Shown here piece after piece: positions 41,832 through 53,200 of a DNA stretch of 64,000 nucleotides. Origin of the DNA: Felis catus (Eukaryota); assembly GCF_018350175.1 (NCBI RefSeq), contig NC_058369.1:1552001-1616000 (forward strand), read 5' to 3'. Numbering within the stretch: the first letter of the stretch is position 1; each line of letters begins with the position of its first letter. A program made the translations under genes and the position numbers. The notes beneath the pieces were generated by a model. That model made no database searches, had not been told where the DNA came from, and was given only the letters and a program-made list of their open reading frames with translations.

Positions 41832-42200
41832 GGCTCCGCAAAGTCAACCGAACCGAGACCGCGTGCGCCGACCCGTACCCGCGCCGGAAGTTGCCCCCCC
41901 CCCCAGGGCACCACGGGAAATGGAGTCCGGGCTTGTCGGACTACGACCCCCACAAAGCTGTGCTTCCACCTTGGCGCATGCGCGGATAGGAGTCACCTTC
42001 TGCGCCGGCAGCTTTTGGTTTCGAGGCCCCGGGCCTGCAGAAAACGTCCCCGGCTCGTCCTGCGGATCCCGCGGCGCATGTGCACAGAGCGTCGGGCGTG
42101 TCGCGTGACCGAAGGCGCAGCCCGGCCGCTGAGGCTCGGGCACACCGACGCGGGTCGCTGCCAGGGAGTGTCCCGCGGTCTCCTATGCCCCCCTCCGTCC
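41832..42200 (-). promoter_or_regulatory. TIMM13 CpG-island promoter
   Basis: ETS/GABP CCGGAAGT 41884-41891; ZNF143-like GGACTCCATTTCCCGTGGTGC (minus, ~41908-41928) and GGACTACGACCCCCACAAAGC (from 41938); NRF1 GCGCATGCGC 41974-41983. Confidence 0.8.
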
Positions 42201-42224
42201 CCGGTCTGGGGCAGCCGCGTCAGA

Positions 42225-42350
42225 GTAGACTCGGGGGGCAGAACTTAAAATCAAAATGTTTATTGGAGTGTTGTACAAAAAGTTTCCGGTCATAAAATGC
42301 ATATTACAAATCATCGGAGAAAGAAAAAGACCACACGTTTGGCATGCAAG
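42225..42350. other. Orthologue of the lamin B2 DNA replication origin core
   Basis: Minus strand reads TGATTTGTAATATGCATTTTATGACCGGAAACTTTTTGTACAACACTCCAATAAACATTTTGATTTTA. This is near-identical to the human origin core as I recall it, and in the same position (LMNB2 3' end/TIMM13 promoter). Confidence 0.7.
42259..42264 (-). terminator. LMNB2 polyadenylation signal (3'UTR ~2.5 kb, 44758 to ~42240)
   Basis: AATAAA on the minus strand within an AT-rich block, followed by a T-rich tract. Confidence 0.85.
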
Positions 42351-44758
42351 TCCTTAGAAGCCGTCCGCCCAGCCGGCCCCACGGCAGGTTGTGCTGATGA
42401 TCCGTCGGGGCGCGGGCCGCGGGCGAGACCCCAGCGGGGGTGCCGCTGGCCCGGGCGCCCGGTTAGCGAGTGGGGCTCGGACAAAGGAATCGTTCCCGCA
42501 TCGTTTAAAGCGGCTTAAAGCTAAGAATGACAACTGCAGACTGTTTCCCAGGCCAGCGCTGACAGCTGAACGTTGGATTCCGTTCTGGATTTCCAAATAC
42601 TCCCTTACCAACGGCCACCATCCTCCTGCAGTCACCAAGGGTCCCTAGTTTACCTTCCCCCCACCAGACAAGGACACCACGGTGCCTGGGCCCTTTCACC
42701 CCTCCACTCGGGACCTCCGCCAGGCCACCACGGGTTGGGGGGGAGGGGGAAGGCCAGGCCACCACGGGTTGGGGGGAAAGGCTGGGAGCGGGCCTGGAAA
42801 GGACAAATGTCACCTGCCAGGAGCAAGCCCTACCCGTGCACCTGGAGGCCCTGCCCGGAACCGAAAAGGATGCCATGAGGCATCTGGGCCCATGGGAACG
42901 ATGGTGCCCACTCCCTGTCCACAGTCGCCTCTCCCCTTCCCCCCCCCCTTCCATCGCAAGATGTGGCTGAGACCAGTGCAGACTTTGGAGACCCCCACCA
43001 CGACCCGCCTGATGCCTCTGCGTCTGAGCTCCAGACCCTCACTGCGCACGCAGCTCCTGTGATGCGGGTGTGGGGGCACCACCTGAGGGCCGTGGGGGCC
43101 CGGAAGCACTCCTGGGGAAGGTCACGCGTGGGGCGGAGGCTGGTGCATCATCGTGGCAGGCGAGCCCTCCCCCCCCACCCACCCACCCACCAGAAACGGG
43201 GGAGGGGTAGCGGTGAGACATTTCCCTTCAGAGAAAAACCAAGTTCACATCCTGGGGACTCTGGTGGCCACGCAAAGTACCTGACCTAAAGCCGACCCTA
43301 GATGCAGCAGACTGTTCGCTAGCCTACAAGCCTCTAACCCTCCGGCCACAGGCAGTTTCCAAGGAAAGGGAGACCGGTGGGGACCGCATGCCGGGGCTCC
43401 CTGCCTGGGGCGAGTGGGAGGGGCCAGCTTGGTAAACGTGCTACCTTTTGGGGGCAGCGTGCCTCCATGGCTCAGTATTTCGTCTTTAAGACTTGAGCTG
43501 CGCTTTCTGAAGGAATTTGCCGTCTGCGGCCTCAGCGTCCACCGAGCTGGCCACCCTCCACCCCCTCGGGGGACTGTCCCAGTGACCCTGCCTCGAGCCC
43601 TGAAGTGGGATCCGGCGATCTGAGCACTGACCAATGTAAAAAAATAAATATCCATTAAAAAAATAACTTCTGTGTATCTATGTGGGAGGGGGTATGAACG
43701 GTCAGCGAGTGCAGAGGGGGGGCCGGCGAGGTGGCCGGGAGCCGCCCTGCAGGAATCGGCCGGCACCAGCACGGCCGTCAGAGAAGGAAGTCGCCCACAG
43801 AAGCCAGGACAGCGGGACACGCGAGCCGGTGGGGACCCGCACTCAGCCCCGTGCACAAGGCACAGAGTTGGAGAAGGGGGCGGGGGCTCACCCCGAGGCG
43901 GCTCTCCTCTCAGAGGCCGGGGAAGCAGCTGTCACACGTGGACATTCGCCGGCGAGCCTATCCCGCCCGTGCCCTTGCCATTTACCTGGTGACAAGTCTC
44001 CAAACAGAGCTGTCCCTGTCCCCTAGGTTTCCGGGTCTCCTGCCCCGCTGGTCCCGCAAGCCGAGGAACTCAAGTACAGAAAACTCCAGAACCCCAGGGC
44101 CCGACAGCCAGGAAGGGAGGGGGGCTCACCGCAGAGCCCCCGACACGTGCACAGACACCCGGCCTGCAGCCGCACCCACGCTCCAGCGGAGTCAGAGCAG
44201 AGCCTCGTCCACACCACCCGCTCCCAAAGCTCTGGTCTCCGGCCCAGCCGCCAAAATTCCACAGGGGGGGGCGCTGGCCCCCCGCCAGGTCACAGCCCGG
44301 GCTCTAGATTTGGTTTTTAAAGAGCTTAACAAACAACGAAACTCCCGGGCATTTTTGCTCTCCGCCCACTTAAGGCCCACGGGTTGGTCCCGAGAGGAGA
44401 GGCCAGCCCCGCTCTGTCCCAGGGAGAGACAGAGGCAGGAAGAGAGTCGGGCCCCTGCGCCCCCGCCAGGCCCTCCAGCCTCCAAACCCCGCCCCCGGCA
44501 GCTATTAGGTTCCTCGGCCTCCTCGAACTCAGCCAAAGGGTGAAATGCGGCACCAAAAACAAAAACCAGGTCCAGACAGTGGCGATGAAGGGAGAGTCCG
44601 AGGAAGCCCACCCACAGCACAGATGGCAGAGACCCGCCCCCACGTTCTGGCAGTTTGCTTAAAAATTCTCTAGAAATGTATCAAGGACTAAAGACGGCCA
44701 ATGATATAAAAATAGTTTTCAGTGGCTCTGGGTAAAGACATGATGAGGCGAGTTCCGT

Positions 44759-46772
44759 TCACATGACGCGGCAGCCTCTCGAGGTGGTCCTTGGGTCCCC
44801 CTGGAAAGAAAGGCCAGCAGCCTAAGAGGCCGGAGCGTGCCCGCCTGGCTAGGCAGGTAGCTGGTGGCCCCCCACCCCTGCCAGACAGGGGCTGGACCAG
44901 GGCCTTCGCCAGCCCAGAGCACCAGCTCCCAGCGAGAAGACAGGGCCAGCAGCTTCAGCCTCAACTGTCCCCGTTCCAGAACCTTCCACGTCTCCCTTCT
45001 GAGCTACACAACACAACTGAAATGTCAGACCCCAGTCTTGGGACTTAGAGCTGCTGCGGCAAGGCCCCAGGGCCCTCCAGGAGCCCTTCCCCCCCAAACC
45101 AACATCTAGGCCCCGCTGCCTCAGGCTGCCGGAGCAGTGGCACAGAGCCCATTCGCTGAGGACCCCCGGGGTTACACCGGTGCCGCCTGGCGGCGCTTGG
45201 GGGCCAACACCGCACCCCTGGGGGGCCCCCGGGCCGGAACCCTGAGGCCCTCACAACGGGCAAGAGCCAGGAGGCAGGGATGTCGCCCCCCCCACCCCCA
45301 GCCCCACCATGGCCCATCTCTGGCCACAGGCTGTGGGGCCCTCCAGGGGGTGAGGCCCGGACTGTGCCAAGAACCTTAGCGCAGACGCAGCGGCCCGCGG
45401 GGCAGCGCGGCCCCGGGGACACGGCGGCCACGCATGCCACCTTGGGGACTTCTACCTGTTGATGGAAAAGATCCTCCTCGCCGAACTCGGCTCCCTCCTC
45501 TTCTCCCTCCTCCCCGTTCTCCGTCTCCCGCACCACTGAGGACTGCTTCACGGTTCTCATGGCCACCTCCTGGGCGAGAGAAGAGCCGTGGACACTTGAC
45601 CCCCGGGGTGCCCAGGGCCCGGCCCACGGGTCGGCCGTCAGGTGAGAATGCTCCGGCCAGGCCTCGGCGCGCCGCAGGACAGCACCCCGAACCCAGGATC
45701 GCCTCGCCGGCCCTGTGGCCGAAGCTCCACCCCGGGGCTCCCACAGCGGCCTGTGGCGCGGTCAGGGAGGCTCCAGGAGGGACCCCGAGGCCAGGACAGA
45801 AGACGGCCCCCACAGGCCCAGGGCACCCACCTCCCCATCCGCATTGACCAGGACGGTCCGGAAGCTGTCGCCTGTGCTCCAGCTGTTCTGGCTCCTCCAC
45901 ACAAGTGTCGAGGGGGGACTATGGGCCACTCCTGCACCAGCTGCCCACACCTGGGGGACACAGGGGGCCTCCCCGTCAATGTCGGCTCTGGTCCCAGTAC
46001 TCTGTGCCACCAGCCGGCTCCCTATCACCGCCCCCCGGGTCTGCCGAGGGACGTCCGTTGCCACGACACTGAGGTTCACGGTGGCCGACCGCTCTCATCT
46101 CAGCGAATGATGGCCGTGCTGGGATCAGAAGCCCGTCGGCTCCGGGGTCCACACCGTCACTGTTAACATCTTCCGCCAATGCCCGGCCGCCAGCCCAGAC
46201 AACCTGGATCCTTCTCTGCCACGGGACCCTGACGTGTCACCAAGGTGCTACGGGGCTCCGGGGAGGGTCCGCTGGCACAGCAGTGGCACACGGGTGACCC
46301 GTGACAAGCAACAGCCGTTCTCAGGGCAAAGTCACTCAACCACCGCCCACCCCACCCCCCTTCCTGCCCCATCCCGGCCCCCGGTCACATTGGTCACCTG
46401 GCTAGCTGCTACTGCCACCCCCTGCCCCCCCTCCCCAACCCCCCCGCCGGCCCACCTGCCCTTCCGCAGCCACCTACCGTGACGGTCTGGCCGGCGCGCA
46501 GCACGTACTTGGGCGTAAACTTGTAGGCAATCTCCTCCCCCTCCAGGACCTGCCTCTTGATCCTCCAGTTACCCAGAGACTGGTCCTGGCAAAGGGGACA
46601 CGCGGCCTGACGTGACGCACGGCTCGGGGGGAAACCCCACGGGGCCCCACCCCCAGGGACGCGGGCCTCTCACCTTGTCCGAGCTGTTCCTCAGCTGCAC
46701 AAACCTGCCCTCCAGGTCGACCTCCTCGATGCCCACGCCGCCCGTGGCCGACGCCTGCTGCGCCAGGTGGAA

Positions 46773-46819
<47 letters not shown>

Positions 46820-49800
46820 AGCCGATGCCGCTCGAGCCCGGCGACTCCTCCGCCTCCAGCCGCTTCCGCTTGCCGCGGCCCGTGCGCCCGGCCGCCGCCA
46901 CGCTGCTGCCGCTGCTGCTCGACGTGGCCCGCGACACAGTGATCCGCGACGACGGGCTGGGGGTCAGCTTCAGCCTGGGGGACGGAGGGCCGACTAGGGC
47001 TCCCAAGGGACCAGACTCGCTCGGCCTCCCCGTCCTCCTCGCCCCTGCCCCGAGAGCCCCCACCCCCTGCGGCTCCGCCTCTCCCCTCCCCCCGGAGCCC
47101 CGCCCCCCGGCCCCAACAGCCTGCCTCGCCCCGCCCCCCCGCCCCCCCACCCCCCCGCCCCCCCACCTCTCCTCCTCGCCCTCCAGGAGCTTGCGGTAGG
47201 CGCTGATCTCCATGTCCAGGGCCAGCTTGACATCGAGCAGCTCCTGGTACTCGGCCAGCTGCTGCTGCATCACGTCGCGCATCTCTGTCATCTCCTGTTC
47301 CTTGGCATCCAGCATCTTGCGGAACTTGTCCCGCTCCCCGGCCATCGTCTCCTCCAGCTCGCGAATCCGGTCCTCCGCGGCACTGGCCTGGGGAGGAGTC
47401 GGGGCGGCCAGGTCAGGGCGGCCTCCGCAGGTCACGGGGAGAAGCCCTCCCGGCTGCGCGCCTCGCTTCCCGTCCTCCTGCACACGCGGCCAGGCTCCTG
47501 GGGCGGGCCGGGGACAGACACCCAGCCCCAGGGGCTCCGGTGGCCGGCGGGCCCCACAGCCCCTCGGCCAGGCCAGGCCGGAAGGAGCGCTGCATGCATC
47601 ACCAGCGCCCGTGACTCGCCACTGCATCTACACCCGAAGCCAGAAGCGGGGGTCCCGCAGCAGCGGCGGGGGTCGACGGTGGGGGGGGGGGGTAGACAGG
47701 CCCCGGGGAGTCACCTGCTTCTGGAGGCCGGACAGCTGGTAGCTGAGGGACTCGACCCGCATGCGCGCTTCCTTCAGCTCCTCCCGCGCGGCGCTGGCGG
47801 CCTTATCGTTCTGGTCAGAGCTCAGCTTGGCGCTGTCCAGCTGAAGGGACACGGACCGGCAGGTGAGCGGCTGGCGGCGGGTGCGGCCCCCCCCCGGCCC
47901 CCACCCCCACCCCCACCGCGCGCCGCCGCCACCGCCGCCGCGGGCACCTTGGCCTGGTAGGTCTGCTCCAGCTCCAGCTTGTACAGCCGCACTTGCTCGT
48001 CGTGCTGGCTGCGCAGCTCCTCCAGCGCCTGGGCCATCTTGAAGTCGTACTCCTGCTGCCGGCTGCTGTCCACCTCCACCAGGCGGCGCTCGTGCCGCCG
48101 CCGCGTCTCCCGCACCTCCTGCCGCACAGCAAGCGTCACCGCTGCGGCGGGCCCGCGGCCCGGGCACCCCCGGCCTCCCGGTCAGCGGTGTCCCCGACCC
48201 GAGAGCCAAGGCCGAGCGAGGGCTCAGAACTGCACAGTGAACCACCGGGGGGCGGGGGGGGGGGGGGATCTCCCAGTTGCTTGCTCACACTGCACAGAGG
48301 AGACCCAGCCCGAGTGTCCTCCAGCCGACCAGCAGGTAAATAACATGTGTCCACCACCCCCGCCGCCCTCGGGACAGCAGAGGACACACGGCAACGCCCG
48401 AGGAAGGCAGGGGCCCCAGAGCACAGCTGCCCCAGACACACGGTGGGGTCAAGGGCAGGCAGAAGGAGCTGTTCGCCAGCCTCCGGCTCCAGGAAAGGGG
48501 ACAGCCTTTCCTCCCAGAAGCTGCCCCCAGCACAGAGAGCTGTCACTTATCACACTGCGCCATCGCGTGTAAGAACAATGGGAATGTTTCTCCAGGAGCC
48601 AATCCTGTTGACAACGAACCCACGAACAGCACACCCGCCGTCACGGCGCCCCTCGCGGATGCCTGCCTCGGGACGCCCCTCCAGGAGCCCCTCTGGGGTG
48701 CCCTTCCGGCTCCCCCGGCAGGCCCCCTCGTGTCTGTCTTCCCGGGCCCCCTGGCAGACCCGGGATCCCTGACTGGTGCCTCCGAGGGGCCCCTCACAGA
48801 TCCCCTCGAAGGCTCCAGTTTTCTGGCGGATGCCTTCAGGGGTTCCCTCTCGGGCTGCTCCCCAAGTGCCCTGGCGGCCCTGGCTCTCACGGGGTGCGGC
48901 TGGAGTGGGAAACCACTCGTCGGGAGCATGGACATCCTTCCCTCGAGCAGCTCACCCAGGCAGTGAGGGCAGCAGCGAGGGCCCCAGGGTTCCATTCTGG
49001 GCTGTGACAGGACAGTGGGCTTTGTGAGGACGAGCTGGGAGGGGCCACGGGGGGGGGGGCGGGGGGACACAGAAACCCCCGCTCTAACCGCCAGGAGCGC
49101 TCATTCACTCCCAGGCAGGCCCAGGTGTAAAGGGGGAGGGGGAGACCCAGGAAGCAAGGGAAGCAGATGGGCCCCCCCTTCCCCCCTTCCTTCCCTTCCC
49201 TGGGGAGGGTCTGCTGCGGATTGAATGGGGGAGCCCCAAGTCCAAAAGAGGAGTCCACATCCTGATCCTAGAACCTGGGAGTGTGACCTTATCTGGAAAG
49301 GGGGGCTTAGCAGATGCGATTAAGAGCCTCAAAATCAGATCATTCTGGATTATGTGGGTGGGCCCCAGACCCAGTGACGAGTGTCTGGGTGAGAGGCAGA
49401 GAGGCCGCGTGAAGAAAGGCACAGATGGAGAGGTGCCCGGGGTCCCCCAGGCTGACAGAGGCAGAAGGACCCTCCCCGGGTCCCGCCCGCCCCCCACACT
49501 TGTGCCGGGCTGAGGCCCGTGTCCTCAGGCTGTCGCAGGGCCCCAGCGGGCCGGCCGGGCCGCACCTCCTCAAAGACGTTCTTCCGGAAGTCGAGTTCCT
49601 CCTGCAGGCTCTGGCAGCGGTTCTCCAGGTCCACGCGCATCAGCGTCTCCTTCTCCAGCTGCTTTTTGGCCACCGCGTGACCGTCCTCCGCCTGGGGGAC
49701 ACAGGACGGCAAGCCAACGTGACCATCTGCTGCACCACGCAGCTTCTCGGGGCGCGGGGGATCCCCCTAAACACACACACACTGGGATGGGGCGTCGCCG

Positions 49801-50244
49801 GGTGGGAAAGCCGCTCACACGCGACGGGAAAGCCGCCGCCGGGCCCGCGGCACACGCGCATGCCCACCGGCACCGGGCCTCCCCCAGACCAGGGCCCCCC
49901 GGAAACCCGCCTTAGCCAGCTGGGCCCGCAGCTCCGCCACATTGCTCTCAAGGCCCCGCTTGTCGCTGAGGGCGGCGGCCAGCTCCGCCTCGCTCCGGTG
50001 GAACAGGGACTCCAGATCCTTCACGCGGCCCTGGGCCACCGTGAGCTCGCCCTCCCTCTTCTTGGAGCTGAAAGTCAAGAGCGGGACTCAGCCAAGAGCA
50101 CAGAGCAGGAGGGCAGCGGTGGTGCGGCTACAGGGAGCCCCTCAGGCAGCCCGGGACAAGGTCACCCGGGCCCAAGCAGGCCAAACCCACCCCGGCTCTC
50201 GGCACAAACCTGCCCTGAGCCAGGCCAGCAGGGCCCCACTGGCC

Positions 50245-50289
<45 letters not shown>

Positions 50290-53200
50290 CAAAAACCCCA
50301 AGGGAGGAGCTTTAATGTCATTGTTTTGTGATTTCTGGACACTGGACGGCTCGTAGAGGGGAGAACAATTTATTAAAAAGTTAACATATACTGGGGCGCC
50401 TGGGTGGCTCAGTCGGTTAAGCATCCGAATCTTGATTTCTGCTCAGGTCCTAATCTCGCGATTTGTGGGTTCAAGCCCCGCGTTGGGCTCTGTGCTGACA
50501 GCTCGGAGCCTGCTTAGGATTCTCTCTCCCTTTCTCTCTCTCTGCATATGGCCTCTCTCTCAAAATAAATAAGCTTAAAAATAAAAATAAATTTTTTAAA
50601 AAGTGAATGTATAATTTAAATTTATTAAAGTTGTATATATCGGGGTGCCTGGGTGGCTCAGTCGGCAAGCATCCGACTTCGGCTCAGGTCATGATCTCAC
50701 GGTCAGTGAGTTCGAGCCCCGCGTCGGGCCCTGTGCTGACAGCTCGGAGCCTGGAGCCTGCTTCGGAGTCTGTCTCTCCCTCTCTCTGCCCCTCCCCCGC
50801 TTGCAGTCTGCCTCTCTCTCTCAAAAATAAACATTATAAAATTAACATCCCAGCCACTGAAAAGTCCATCTCACTTGCAAACCTAAGTTACTTGAAGCAG
50901 GTTCATCTGGTGTCCTAGTAGACAACTTTCCCGATATTGAAGATGACAAACATTCTTTCAGGCACAGCTATTACTAGCGTGGGCCCCTGGCCCTTGATTC
51001 TCAAAGGAACTCTCAACCTTGGAGTTGAACACATGCCCACCTCCCCACCACGGAATTGAGGGAGCCATCCCCATCGAGCAGCTCTGCTCACATGGGACAC
51101 GGTGGGGGCTGGGCGGCATCCCCGCCACTCCCCCCCAGGGAGAAGCACAGGGGACCCCGCATCAGCTCACGTGAGGTGGGGTGGCATAAAGACCAGAGAC
51201 TTTGGCCGCCAAGCTGCCCGTGTCCCCAGAGCAGCCCTACGGACATGGAGCTCTGCCCGGGCATCATATGGCCATTCTCCATGGGGGGGTCTCAGGGTCC
51301 ACACAGCCACACAGTCCTGGCTCTCCAGGGGCTGCAAACCCTGAGCCCCTAGAGCAGTTTTGCAGGGGTTTGGGGGGGGACACAAGTCACTCATTTCACA
51401 ACCATTACTGACAGCCTGCTTTGCGGAGGACACCCTCCTGCCAGAGATCCATCCGGGAACACCCTTGCTCCCACGGTGCAGAACTTTCTCGTGGGTAGAG
51501 ACAAGAGGGAAACACGCTGCCTGCCAGACGTAAGTCTGCATCAGAAGGGCAGGTGAAGCAGGGAGGGGAGACGCGGGGTGAGCAGAGCAAGGTGGGAATT
51601 GTACTTTTAAGTCCCGCCAGCCGTGCCCAGGGGGAGGGGAGGGGGGCGGCCCCGGAAACAGACCTGCGTGAGGGCAGCAGTGGGAGGAGCCAGATCTGTT
51701 ATTTCCAGGAGAAGAGCGTTCAGGCAGAGGAAGCAGAAGTGCAAAGGCCCTGGGGTGAGGTGTGCCCGGCAAGTTTGAAATCAGCAACGAAGCCAGGGGG
51801 ACTGGGACAGAGGCGTCAGGTAACATGGAAAACTTCTGAACAACTTTATCTAGTGCTCGGTACCCTGCACAACTACACAGAACGGTCCAGAAAGCGGGGG
51901 CACTGGGGCTTATACCGGCTTTCGTCTCACTGGCCGCGTCTCACCAGCTTCGAGGCGCTAAGGCAGACCGCTCACCTGCCTGACAGGAAGTCCTGGGAGG
52001 TTAAGTGGGAGAATGTGGCTCCTCCACACGCTACCCACATTCCCATCCTCACGGGGCTGTGGTGACAAGTTGTTCGGGAAAATAAAGACACCAGAGCTAA
52101 ATGGCCACCCTGGTCTGGAAGGGGTTCTGCGCGGACGAGAGGAAGTGAGGCGACTGCGCGAAGCCCCGGAGGTCAGGGGCCAAAGAGGCGTCCACGGCCC
52201 GCAAGCACAGGAAGGCTTCCTTCTGGAGTAGGGGCCTGACGGGAAAGTTCCGGCCCAGACACTTAGCAGCGTTCGCCATTCTTCTTGTCCTATCTGCCCC
52301 CACCCCCACCCCGCAGCTGTCACCCGCGGAGGCGGTCACAGAACAATGGGGCTGGCAGTGCACAGCCCCGGCACCACTGGTGAAGCAGCCCAGACGTGGG
52401 GACATCCCAGCAGCCAGGACAGAGCCCCGGCACAGGGGCATCTCATGACTCGGGGGACGTCCGCGAGGGACGCCCCCCCCCCATTGCCCTCAGGCGCCAC
52501 CAGTTCATGGAGGTGCCTGTGGCCACACAGAAAAGACCCGTGGACAGAAACGTGGCAGGCCCACTGAGGCGACTCTGGGCGAAGGCTGGGGCCACGCGGG
52601 CCGCTTCTCCTCAAACTATCTTGCATTTTCCACTTTCTTGACAGCGAGCATCTGTGACCGATAGTGGGGAAAAAAACCAAGACTTCTGGGCCAGACAAGG
52701 AGCGTCTGGAGAGTTCCGGACTCCGCACCGACACGAGAGAGAGAGAGGCTGGGGTCCGGGCGGTGCTGATTCTGGAATCCCCGCAGTCTTCTCCAGGATC
52801 ACTTTTTAATCAAAAAAACGACCAAACGGATGGCCCACACAGTCTACCTGGCCTTTTACAAAAGCAGGACTTGCCTTTGTTCCTCGGCCAAAGACCGGGT
52901 GACCGCGCAGCGTGGGCCCGTGTCTGGGCTCTCTGTTCTGCTCCAGCGGATCTAGTCCACCGAGGAACCACAGGTGCCCGTCACTCAGCGAGAGAAGCCA
53001 GGCTGAGGGGGCCACACGCACAGTGTGGTTCCAAGTCTAGGACATTCTGGAAAAGGCAGAACCATGGAGGCAGTGAAGGGAGGAGGGAGGGAGAAAGGGA
53101 GGGAGGGACGGATGGAGCACGAGACTTTGAGGGCCAGTGGGACTACGATGGTACAGGGGCAGATACGTTCTCACGATGCGTTTGTGCAAACTCACGGGGG

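Noticed and set aside
43731..44543. 270-aa plus-strand ORF
   Set aside because: Antisense to the GC-rich LMNB2 3'UTR; low-complexity R/P/S/G composition; GTG start.
46474..47199. Poly-Arg, poly-Pro and poly-Ala ORFs
   Set aside because: Alternative frames or strand of the (GGC)15 in LMNB2 exon 8.
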